A stretch of DNA of 64,000 nt, taken from assembly GCF_006345805.1 (NCBI RefSeq), contig NC_043005.1, positions 41,850,001 through 41,914,000 of the forward strand. The letters are read 5' to 3'. The stretch comes from Octopus sinensis. Taxonomy: Eukaryota. Under the pieces are notes generated by a model that searched no databases, was not told where the DNA came from, and was given only the letters and a program-made list of their open reading frames with translations. The position numbers and the translations under genes were made by a program. This document shows, in pieces, positions 42,771 through 55,128 of this stretch. Each line of letters begins with the position of its first letter. The stretch's first letter is position 1.

Positions 42771-44462
42771 GTCAATAGAAAACCAACGAAAAGACCTGGG
42801 AGAGGGATAATCCAGAGTCGAGATGGCAAATGCACCATAGGGAACGAATTCGGCGACTAGTGGGAAATCGGATAACGACTGAAAAAGGGCACCTCATTCT
42901 CTAACTCTCGCCCTTATGTCTCTAGCAGGAAGTTCGGAACTCTTGAGAAAACGAATGAAATACGGCGATGTTCATAGTGTTGGAGTGTTGCAATTTTTGT
43001 GTCTGGCATAAGCTAAAAGAAACTACGTTGTGCTATTTTTTGAAGTTTTAAATATTTAATATGAAATTGGTAACAGAGAATTGTATTTAAAATGTTAACT
43101 GAAATGTTGATGACAGTTATAATGATGAGTGTTTGTATGCCGTAAAATTTCTAATGTAAAACAAGGTGTGTTGTTCCAAAAATTATCCCTACAGTGTCTT
43201 AAATCTGACGTTGCTTCTTTTAAAATTAAAATAATAATCCTAATCGCCTTCCAATACTTCAGACTCTATCAAAATATATGTGATAGCCCTTCATGCATAA
43301 ATTCTACCGACACGAAGATTTTTTTTTGATGTCGTACATCGAATGAAGGATTCAGTTCAGAAAATAAAATTGCATGTATGCTTGAGCTTTTCTGTGCTAT
43401 TGATTCTTTTCTGCTTCGTACTCAATTTAACCCCCTTTTGCGGAATTTATTTAATGTTTGCTCATGCGTGTCTGCAGATCTGATAAATGAGAACGATGGA
43501 ATTGTCGATTCCTTCAGATTCAAACTATAGAAAGTAGCAATTAGTTTACGTTATGTTGGTACTATTCACGTTGGTTTATTCATCTTGGTGTTTTACGAGA
43601 TTTATTTGCATATTTATCATAAAATTAATTATCGACCATCTGTTGAAGTATATTCAATATCACAACAAACTTGCTAGTACAGTATATTTCATAAAAGACA
43701 AGTTAAGCATATATTTTGAAGGTTCGACCTTAAAAAAGTTATTTTTCCTCCTAATACTTTTGTGTTTCCCTATACTTTATAGGCTAATTTTGTTTCCGTC
43801 ATTACTATTATCTGGACGATGACGGACGGCAAGCTCGTAGTGTCGTTTAAATACTAGATAAAAAATTTTGCGCAACTTGTTCCGAATCTTTTCGTTCCGG
43901 TTCTTTTCCGCTTATCTTTAGGAAAATAGGGACTATACAAAACACTACATTGAGGTGTATCGACCTAAATAACAGGAACGTACTACACAGGAACGTACTA
44001 CACAATATATTCATCTTCAAATTTAATTAAATCAGAAAACATATTCTTCACACATTTCACACAAATTAAGTCTGATGAAGGATTTCGAGAAGACAATGAA
44101 TATTAATAGTGAGGATTTCAAATAGATAATGGGGACAAGTTCAAGGGCTACAAAGTGAAACTAAAACTAAAAGAAAATGTATTTTTTGGACCGAGATTAA
44201 AAATCATTAATGTTAGTTGGTTTGTTTAAAGGAAAATAAACAATCATAAACGGTGAGATACTTTAAAAGAATTCCTTCTGATTTGATTTTATTTGTTTAT
44301 TTATTTTTTGCAACGTTAGTGTTCAAGCGAATTGGGCGAGTTGGTATTGGACAATCAGATAAGCTGCCATCTTGCGTTTTGTAGTGCAAACATTGAATTT
44401 ACCACACGCCATATCATAGAAGTATCAGAAATGAATAATAAGTATACTATCTAGAAATATTT

Positions 44463-44675
44463 GTTTCAAATTTTGGCACAAGACCAGACATTTCGGGACG
44501 TGGGAAGTAAGTCGATTATTTCGACTCCAGTTGAGCACAAGCACTTATATTATTGACCCCGAAAGGATGAAAGACAAAGTCGACCTCGGCAGGATTTGAG
44601 CTCAGAACATTAAGACGGACGAAACAGCGCAAAGCATTCTGCCCAATGTGCTGACGATTCTGCCAGCTCACCGCT
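44463..44675 (-). mobile_element. SINE family B
   Basis: gaccccgaaaggatgaaagacaaagtcgacctcggc...ctgccagctcaccgc. Confidence 0.85.
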
Positions 44676-46395
44676 TTATACCGCCTCAAAATATTACGCT
44701 ATATACACCAGGTTTGTATTATTTGATCGTCTCTCATTTGCTTATATAAAACTAGAATCAACACTTTCTCAAGCATCTTTTTAAAGGAACATTTGTATCT
44801 AGATTTGCATAAGTGGAAGATTTTCGTTGAATTCTGTAAAAAAAAAAGTTTGTATTTTCGGCACACACCACCACCACCACCACCACTACCACCATATACA
44901 AACACAGGCTTATACATGTACACATGTTCTCCCCCCCCCCATTCTCTCTCTGTTTTGCTCTCTTTCCCTCTCAATGTCTTTTCTTATATGAGAAATACAA
45001 TGAACTTTATAAAAGAGGTGACCACCACAAAATATGATTAATATAGTGCGATGCTAAGTAAGAAACAATAAAAATACAATGCTAAAATAGTGATTTTTCT
45101 TAAATTATGTTTAAAAATCTTCAAAAACAAAAAACAGAATCCTTTATTTTAAGCAATTTAGAATAGGCTGCTTCCATACTTAACATGTGCATCATAATTA
45201 TCTCTGTTACGCTTTGTGAAGAAGGTGTTAATGTTTCGTTTTCTACTATAACTGTGGTAATAGCATTCTACTTTTCCTATCCAAAGCTTTTAGAAAGTTC
45301 TTTGCACGCTTTCATTCGTTCGGTTTATCTGCTTCGAGTTTCTCTTTTCTAGTACAGAATTATTTCACATTCTCTCGAAGTTTCTAAATTCTTATGATAT
45401 CAACACCATACAAATTTTTGCTTGTAAGACTAAAGTATCTAAAATGAATGAAGAAATTATTTTGTCCAATAGTAGAACATCTGTCATGTACACAAGAAAT
45501 GTGGGTTCGTGCACAACGAGCAGACTTCCTTTTTTTTCTATCCAAACTGAATGTTTATAAGCTATCATTTATAGCTTTATCTGCTTCGAGTTTCACCGTT
45601 ACAAACGAATTATTTCATAATAAAAGCTTTACAACAGAAACGTTCATTTTCACAGGATATTTTAGCTTTATCTTTAAAATATATAACTAAAATATCCTGC
45701 GAAATATCCATATTTCGCTTAAAATGCCATAAATATGATTCGGTGTATCAAATGTAGTCGAGATGTTTTCGTAGATTACACATAGCGATTGTAGGCGTTT
45801 TACTACATATATTAATGCAATGGCGAATAAACTATAAAGATTCTTTATATTAAGGGTATAATGATCAAATATAAAGTGTATGGTTAACGAAATACTATAA
45901 AAATAATACCAAATTTATCATTGGAGAATAAAATTATATTTTATTGACTAATTGATTTGTTTCTAATTTCTTTCGATATATAAACTATACTATGAAATGA
46001 GCTTATTGATATTTAATTCAACAGGAACATATGCAAGACATAATTTATAACCACAGACCTATATTTATATTACACCAGAACAAGCCGTCCAAGACAACGA
46101 TATTTATATTCCGGTGGGAGAAAGCTCTTTGGTAAAACTGTAATGTAATAGCAGTTAATATGTAAGATGAAGCAGCCACATTAGCATCGTCATGTCCATA
46201 GGTGTCAGTGCCACTGTCAATTCTGCCATTACTGCCATTATCTCTGCCGTCTCTTTATTTCGGCCGTCGCTGCCACCGCTGCCGCCGGTCTGTAACTCTG
46301 TCGTATCTACCACCTCTACTGTTGCCGCCACCGACGCCGCTACTGCTGACGTTGCCGACGTTGCCGCCGTTGCTGCCGTTTCTGCCGCCGTTTCC

Positions 46396-46712
46396 TAGTA
46401 TTTATTCTATCGGTCTTTTTTTTTTTGCCGAACCAATAAGTTACGGGGACGTAAACGCACCAACATCGGTTGTCAAGTGATGGTGGGGGGGGGAGGGGCA
46501 AACACAAACACTCACACAGAAACACACACACACATACACACGCATATATACGACGAGCCTCTTTCAGTTTCCGTTTACCAAATCCACTCACAAGGCTTTG
46601 GTCGACCCGAGGCTATAGTAGAAGGCATCTACCCAAGGTGCCACGCAGAAGGACTGAACCTGGAACCATGTGGTTGGTGAGCAAGCTTCTTACCACACAG
46701 CCACTCTTGCGC
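46396..46712 (-). mobile_element. SINE family A
   Basis: Matches 29345-29650. Confidence 0.88.
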
Positions 46713-46826
<114 letters not shown>

Positions 46827-46849
46827 ACAGTACCGTTTTATATTTAAGA

Positions 46850-47019
46850 GACGAGGAATTATGTATATTATTTACATTATTTACATTTGACAGATATTTG
46901 TCCTCATCTTCTTTGTTGTTAACACAACGTTTCGGCTAATATACCTTCCATCCGCCATCACGTGTCTTGGGGAAATTTCGAACATGGGTTCTCATTCCTA
47001 AAGTATTTTTTCTATGTTG

Positions 47020-47079
<60 letters not shown>

Positions 47080-47134
47080 TCACAGCCTGGAACCGAACTC
47101 GGAATCTTGCTCTTAAGCACAATGCCATATGCCC
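46850..47134 (-). mobile_element. Family E tRNA/hammerhead-tail SINE, inverted copy
   Basis: Reverse complement of head, (AAT)n and tail; head-to-head with the copy starting at 47151. Confidence 0.8.
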
Positions 47135-47324
47135 GTGGGCATATCTGCATGGTCATATGGCGTAGTGGTTAAGAGCACGGGATACCAACCACAAAATTCC
47201 GAGTTCGGTTCCAGGCAGTAACCTGAATAATAATAATAATAATTTTTTTTTTCATTTTTTTTTCTCCTTTTTTAAATTTTTATTTATTTATTTTTTTTTT
47301 GTTTATTTTTAATTTTTATGTATT

Positions 47325-47458
47325 AGACATTCACTAGTACAACACGAAAAAAAAAACCCAAATATATGGCACAGAACTTCTAACCTGTTGTCTCTTGAGG
47401 TCTCTAGGTGAGACTTGGAGCCAACTTGTACAGACATAAAGCAAAAGTCAAACATAGA
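47325..47458 (+). mobile_element. Probable short 3' end of a second (AAT)n-associated LINE
   Basis: Unique segment inside the (AAT)n tract ending ...aagtcaaacatag-(AAT)n. Confidence 0.45.
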
Positions 47459-47529
47459 ATAATAATAATAAAAATATTAATAATAGTAATAATAATAGTA
47501 ATAATAATAATAATAGTAATAATAATAGC

Positions 47530-47561
<32 letters not shown>

Positions 47562-47578
47562 TAATAATAATAATAATA

Positions 47579-47677
<99 letters not shown>

Positions 47678-47681
47678 TAAC

Positions 47682-47736
<55 letters not shown>

Positions 47737-49853
47737 TCACAAAGGCTGAACAAGCACCTGGACGAAAACAAACTGTTCCCAGAAGAGCAGAAAGGATGCC
47801 GCAAAGGCTCATATGGCTGTAAAGATCAACTAATGATTAATAAAGCCATAACGAAGACAGCCACAGAAAGAAGAAAGGCCTCAGTATGGCCTGGATTAAC
47901 TACAAAAAGGCGTTTGATAGCATCCCCCACACATGGATCCTCGAAACACTAGCCATTAACAAAGTAGCACCAACAATCATAAAATTCATAGAGCACTCTA
48001 TGAATAAATGGCAAACAGTCCTACACCTCCAAACAAAAGAGGGACTCATGAAAACCAAAGACATCCCAATTAGAAGAGGAATATTCCAGGGAGACACGCT
48101 CTCTCCACTCCTTTTCTGCTTGGCACTGTCACCTCTATCTGATATGCTAAATAGAACTGGATGCGGATATAAATGTTACGGCAAAACGATCAGCCACCTT
48201 TTATATATGGATGACCTAAAACTATACGCTGCAAATGGCAAACAGCTGGAAACACTATTAAAGACAGTTCATGGATTTAACCAAAGAAATAGATATGAAA
48301 TTTGGATTAGAAAAATGCGCCAAAGTAACCATGAAAAGAGGAAAACTAGTTAAGAATAACAACATCACACTAGATAAAACCAATGAAATAAAAGAATTAG
48401 ACCAAAGCCAAACTTACAAATACTTAGGAATCCATGAACTAGATAAGACACAACACACACAAATGAAAGAGAAAATAAAAAAAGAATATTATAGACGAGT
48501 TAGATCAATACTAAACACAGAGCTCAATGTTAAAAACAAGATAATAGGTATCAACACTTTAGCTGTCCCAGTTATAAGTTACAGCTACAATATCCTTAAC
48601 TGGACACGAAATGAACTGACCAAAATAGATAGGAAAACAAGAAAAATAATGACAGGATCTAGGATGCATCACCAAAATCTGACATAGAAAGACTATATAT
48701 ACAACGTATAGAAGGTGGTAGAGGCCTTATACAGCTGGAAAACTACTATAAAATAACCACCATAGGACTGCAAAAATATCTACTTCAGAGAAGGAAAACT
48801 GATCCAGATAGCGGAAAACACGAGCAAAACAAAAAAACTGTTCTCAGTATTTAAGGAAGCTGACAAATACAAACAAGAAATCATACCACCTAATAAACAT
48901 GAAGCAGAAGAAGAAGATGAAGAAACACACAAAGCTATAAAACAAATGAATCCAAACTAAAAATAGAACAGCAACGAACCATGATAAAACGATGGCAAGA
49001 AAAGCCCTTTCATGGTAAATACTGGACTAAAACTAAACGCAAAAGAAATAGACAAAGAAAAATCCCAGCAATGGTTGAGAAGCTCAGGACTCAAAGCAGA
49101 AACAGAGGGATTTTTAATTGCAGCACAAGACCAAAGCCTCCCCACCAGAAATTACCAAAAACATGTAATGAAAAGAAATATACAAGTACTGCAGAATATG
49201 TGGAGATGGACAAGAACAATAAATCATATTATCTCTAGCTGCCCAGTCTTGGCTAAGAAGGAATATATTCACAGACATGACAGAGTTGGAATCTACATAC
49301 ATTGGAAGCTATGCCAACATTATGGAATAACAACAGAAAAAAGATGTATAGACACACACCAGAAAAGGTCACAGAAAACGAGAAAGCAACCATACTCTGG
49401 GATATGCCGATACACACAGATAGAGAAATTAAGGCCAACAGACCAGATATACTTGTCAGAGATCATGAAGAAAGAAAAAAATGCTTTCTAATTGATGTAT
49501 CAATCCGGCTGATGACATACAAGTGTCTCTAAAAGAAATGGAGAAACTCTCAAAATACAAAGACCTGGAAATGAGAGGTAACTAGAATGTGGAATCTGAA
49601 AACAGAAACAATTCCTATCATAGTAGGTGCATTAGGCATGATAAAAAAAAATATTCAGACAATACATAACAAAAACACCAGGACTTACAAACACATATAA
49701 CATACAGAAAATTGCACTACTAGGCACTGCACACATCCTACGCAGAACACTTTCCATACAATAACCATCAGAGCATCACAACAAATCACAGCACATACCC
49801 AAGGCACACAGAGCTGTGCTCGGTAGTGAAGTGAAAGCACGCTATAAAAATAA
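47737..49853 (+). mobile_element. R4/Dong-clade RLE LINE, 5'-truncated, inserted in (AAT)n
   Basis: EEQKGCRKGSYGCKDQL, YKKAFDS, GIFQGDTLSPLLF, HLLYMDDLKL, YKYLG, HIISSCP...RHDRV, WDMPIHTD...NRPDI...LIDVSI; ORF ends ~49763. Confidence 0.93.
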
Positions 49854-50168
49854 AAAAAAATTTTTTAAAATAATGATAATAATAATAATAATAACAACAA
49901 CAACAACATCGAAAAAATATCCTAGGAATGAGAACCTAGGTTCGAAATCTCCAGAAAAGACTTGATGAAAGCTGGAGGGTATATCAACCGAAATGTTATG
50001 TTAACAACAAACAAGATGAGGACAAATATCCGTCAAATGTAAATAATGTATATACAACAGTTTGTATATGCCGCACACACGCACTTACACCCAGATTATA
50101 TATATATATATATAAAAGAAATATTGAATTTCTAAATCTCTCATAGAGACATGTACGGTGGTGGGGCG

Positions 50169-50393
50169 ATAGAATGGTTGTATACTGTCAATCTAACAAG
50201 AACGTGACAGTAGGGGTTACACCACCGCTGTATAGCCCTAGGAAGCATCGAACGCCTCCTGATAGCTTTGACACATTTTTGCCTGTGTTCTTAAAGCCAT
50301 CAGGAGGCGTTCGATGCTTCCTATGGCTATACAGCGGTGGTGTACCCCCTCCTGTCACGTTCTTGTTAGATTGACAGTATACAACCATTCTAT
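50169..50393. mobile_element. Foldback/MITE: near-perfect ~100-bp-arm palindrome
   Basis: atagaatggttgtatactgtcaatc... / ...gattgacagtatacaaccattctat; mirror ORFs on both strands. Confidence 0.85.
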
Positions 50394-50399
50394 ATATAT

Positions 50400-53150
50400 A
50401 TATTCAAAGTAATTCTGGAAAAAAATTTCCCTATCTCTCATAGATATCATAGAATTATATCTAGGAAAACAGTTAGGATTTCTTATTCAACCCTCCCAAA
50501 TATGTCCACTTTAATAGCTAAGATTAATAATAAAAATATTAAACTAGCCAGGAAAGATAGAAATAAAAATAATAATATCAGCATGAATACCAATAGCAAT
50601 TATAATAATACTACCAACAATAAAAACAACAATAGTAACTATCAAAACATAGGTGAAATTAGTAACCACAGAATGACTAATAACATTAACATTAATGGTA
50701 ATAATAACAATGCCGATATTAATAGAAGTAATAATGTTAATAATAGAAATAATAGAAATAAGGCTAATGGAGAAAATAGGAGAAGAATGAAAATATCAGT
50801 GATATTTATAACAACAATATGCAGTCGGATAATAAGACTAACAATAATAGTAACATTACCAATAATATAAGAAATCATGGTAGGACTTTAGACCTAAATG
50901 ACGAAGCTGAAGGATCAATAAATAATAGCAATACTTTAGATATCAGCACCAACTATAGAAATGATAATCAAAATAATAGGAACCTAAGACATCTACCCAA
51001 GAATAATCCAAAGCCTGAAGTTGCCTCCTGTGTGTAAGTGTAGAAGAAAATCAAAATGCCCGCACCTGGTCTATGTGGGGAAAATATGTAATCTATAAAT
51101 GTACCATATCCACGGAGAATAACAAAATCTTTACCTTGGATGTACAATTAATTTTCTAGCCAGAGTTAGAAATCACATCTCGTCTTTTAATTACGTCATA
51201 AAGCTGGTACCACCACACTTTCAAACAAAATCTGGGAACTCAAAAGTAATAATAAAAATTATAACCTTAATTGGGAAATAGTTAGGAGAGCAATTCGTAT
51301 AAAAATAGTAGGGTTGGTTGCAAACTATGCTCCATGGGACGTATGAATTCTAAAGCATAGAAAACATAGAAACTTATGAATAACCATATCGAACTAGGTC
51401 AAGTTGTGTCCACGCTAAATTGAAGACTTTAAAACATTTTAAATGATTAGAATATTCGTAACTAGATAGATAGATATAACTTGATTTCTACTAGTATAGC
51501 ACTGCTTTAAGTAGATAAACTAAGTTTCTCACACTACAGTTATCTTTTTCCTTATATCTGCATCAGTTTTTTGAGAACAGGGAAATGAATAGTACTTATA
51601 TGCTGCTTAATTGAGGCCTTATTTAATTTCAAACTCATAATTTTTAAATTCTTAATTTTAAATCTTAATTGTAATTTTTAATTTTAATTCCTAACTTAAT
51701 CTAATTTAAGTAGCATAACTCTAATAAAATAAAATGAATTACTATAGCCCCATAATTCTATTTCAAAATTAAATAAATAAGGCTACCCCCTCGGTGATAA
51801 TATGATTATCTTCATTATGATAGACAATCCCCTAACACCTTGTAAATGATCTTCTAAGATTTGACCTGTAGTCCGTCAATGTATGAATAATAAAGGCAAC
51901 TCCTTAAGACAATAAAATGATAAATTAAATAAGTAAATCTTAATGACTTTTTGATAGGATTATACTTAGATTTCCTAATGTATTTTCTTTTGATTTTAGT
52001 ATCTGACCCCTAAACTCCTGACTGTGTTATCTCTTTAGATTCTCTTTAAATTCATAGCTGATTTCAACAGCAAAAATTAGCTGTTTTACTGGTCAAAGAA
52101 TAATATTCTCCTCTAGTTCCTAGATGCCTGTAAATTAAAACCAGACTTGCCGTCTACTGATTCTTCTGTATAACTAGAACCCTCTTTTTTTCTTTCCTTT
52201 TCCTTTCTTTTTCTTTTTCCCTTCTTTCCCTATTTCTTTCTCTTTCTCTTTTTTCTTTTCTTCTTCTTATTCTCTTTTCTTTTTCTCTTCTCTTTTAGTC
52301 CCCTTCCCCCCTTTTTTTGCTCCCTCCTCCTTTATTTCTTTCTTTTCTTCTATTCCCTTCCATTTTCTATTCTTTGCCTCTCTAGAAAGCCCTTCAGCCT
52401 TTAAAAGTTAAATAGCTACAGCCTCGTAAATAGCAGTAATATGATTAATGTGGCAAATACCTAATCATATAACAAGAATTGATACCTACCTCATTGTGTT
52501 CAACATTGATAAATTTATCGCCTGTGAATATGAAATTCCTCTCATTTTCTGGAAAATTACATCTACACCATTGGAAATTGTGCATCTATACAAAGGATTA
52601 ATTCACCCTCTCTGTAATGCTAATAAGCAGGAATTGAGACCCACCTCGTTGTGATTAACAATGGATAAATTTGTTTTCTGTGAGTATGTAATCCCTCATC
52701 ATATCTCTGGAAATTCATATGTGCACTATGGATTAGGTCACCTTCTCTGGGTTGCTATTAAAACTTTTTTAAAATTCTGTGATAAGACTGTACATCATCT
52801 TTAAAGAACTTTAATGAACTTTGGATATCTGTTTATGTTTATGTTACTTAATTATCTTCATTACTTCATGAGTATAGCCTCAACCACTAGGATGTCTAGA
52901 GAACGCACATCTATTTTAGCTGATGAGTACGGGACACGTTTATATGCTGTAATTTTTGCAACTTTTAATAAAGCCTGTCCTTGTATGAAACGATTGTACT
53001 AAAAACCTATCCATTCTTGTTGCTCTTTCTCGCTTATAATCACCCCACATTACTGTATTGTTAAAACAGTATAGTTTTTTTTGGGGCATCTAAGTTAGGT
53101 ACCATATTCAAGTAAATTCATTAAATTAATTGAATCTTTATTGCTTTTTG
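50400..53150 (+). mobile_element. Penelope-like element, 5'-truncated: RT-distal region, Asn-rich linker, GIY-YIG, long 3' region with hammerhead
   Basis: RKTVRISYSTLPNM (~50462-50505), VIYKCTI...YLG...ARVRNHISSF...LSNKIWELK...WEIV...CKLC (51090-51330); HHR at 52914-53004. Confidence 0.85.
52914..53004 (+). ncRNA. Type I hammerhead ribozyme
   Basis: UUUUAG-CUGAUGA-GUACGGGACA...UGUCCUUGUAU-GAAAC-GAUU-GUA-CUAAAA: intact core, 6-bp stem I, ~10-bp stem II, 2-bp stem III. Confidence 0.85.
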
Positions 53151-53226
<76 letters not shown>

Positions 53227-54641
53227 GTATACACACATATAAGAATGATTCCCATTAATGAGCAAATGACTCATTTAATTGATACTATTGCCAATATTCG
53301 TATATTTAGATAGGTCATTTGGGTGGATGATACAAAAAATAAAATGAATGAATAAATAAATAAATGAATATATAATTAAAAGTAAACGGCTGATTAATCA
53401 TTAGTGAAAACAACTCTACTGTTGTATCAAAACTGTTTAAAAGCAGGTGTGGGTAACTGTAATCGCAGATCAAAACAATAATAGAATATACACCATACGC
53501 GGAATAATAAAAAACATTATTTAGAAAGAAACAAATTATCGTTTAAAATAAATATCCGCAGGTGTGAACCGCAAGACATTTTAAGATGAATAAATATCTT
53601 AAGACTAATGAGTACTGTTAAAAGATTAAAAAAAAAATCAACAGAAAGAATACCTAAGTGTTCTTAATAAGAACGGAGAAGTGATATAAAAGTGATAAAA
53701 TCCCACTGGTAGAAATGTCAAATTGCTGAATAAAGTATAAGATTATTATCGATGTAAAATACTCATGTATTTAGCTGACGCGAGGGGTTAATTGAATATA
53801 AAGTGTGAAGCAACGTATTAACACACAAAATGAAAGCAAAAATGAAATACACATACCAAAAAGAAAAAAAGAAAGAGGAAGGAGCAAATGAGAACTCAAA
53901 CTTTTAGCAATAATCTATTTATAAAACAAAGCAAAGTATTTTTCAGGGGTCAATTCACATCTGACAAAATTGGCGTTGTGCCTAGTTTTGCCAATTAATC
54001 AATTTTTATGTAGTTATTTGTGTATCTCGGGGTTATCTGGGGTTAACCGAAACAGATATGCCTTGATACATGAATATTACTATATATATATATATAAATG
54101 CATCTCTGTATAAACATTTAGCTATACAAAGACGAACACACGCGCGCACACACACACACACATATGTAATTCGTTCAATCGACACATATGATAGATAGAT
54201 GTAGAATAAATTCTCAGACAGTGACTTGTCTTACAATGAAATGTACAATTCTGGAAATTCTTGAATAATTGCTACACGTTCACTGCTAAAGATTTCAATA
54301 AATATACATACATGTATAATTATTGACATTTGCACATATAATTATAGACCATCATAGTAATTGGGTCTCTGGATTATTCCGAAACACAATATGCCAAAGA
54401 CGTATTGGCATAATTTTCTGAGAAATACCAAATATATTACGCTCGCAGATAGTTTTTCTTTAGAGTTGAGTAAAATGGCAAGGCTAGTAGGATATGTGAT
54501 GATGTTGGTGTTCATCAGAAACTTTCCTGATTAATGTTTAGCTGAAAGATGTGATGATGTGATCTTGGAGAAAGATCCCCTAAGCGGTAAATTTTAGATC
54601 TTTATTAGGACAAGGAGGAGAGACATAGTAAGCATATTTTA

Positions 54642-54886
54642 TCCTTTATCTTCTACTTGTTTCAGTCATTAGACTGCTGTCATTTTGGGGCACCACCATG
54701 AAGAACTTTTAGTCGATTGGATCAGCCTCAGTACTTTTGTTGTTGAGTCTGATACGTATCTATCGGTCTCTGCTGCAGAAACGCTAAGTTACGAGAAAGT
54801 AATGACAACAACACCGGTTGCCAAGCACGCACACACACAGACACACGCATAGACACACACGAACATGTATATATATGTGTGTGTGT

Positions 54887-54948
<62 letters not shown>

Positions 54949-55128
54949 TGTGTGTGTGTTTGTGTGTGTATTTATAATTGGCTTCTTTTAGCTTCCGTCT
55001 ACCAAATCCACTCACAAAGCCTGAAGCAATAGTATAAAACACTGGCTCCCGAAGTGCCACACAGTGGTACTGAACCCGGAACCAGGTGGTTGGAAAGCAA
55101 ACTTACTACCACAGGTCCACACCTGCCC
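54642..55128 (-). mobile_element. SINE family A with expanded internal (TG)n
   Basis: Head 54980-55128, 3' part 54642-54850. Confidence 0.85.

Larger units (their letters stand above)
47151..50050 (+). mobile_element. Family E SINE split by LINE insertions in its (AAT)n tract (head 47151-47240, tail ~49870-50050)
   Basis: ggtcatatggcgtagtggttaagagc...gagttcggttccaggc; tail TTGATGA..gctggagggtatatcaaccGAAA. Confidence 0.75.

Noticed and set aside
44068-44170. ctgatgaaggatttcg motif
   Set aside because: No convincing stems or cleavage triplet
46190-46395. GC-rich Ala/Pro-coding ORF
   Set aside because: Degenerate (GCC/GCT)n low-complexity tract next to a SINE; no splice or domain support
50174-50388. 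Mirror 66-aa ORFs on both strands
   Set aside because: Consequence of the DNA palindrome
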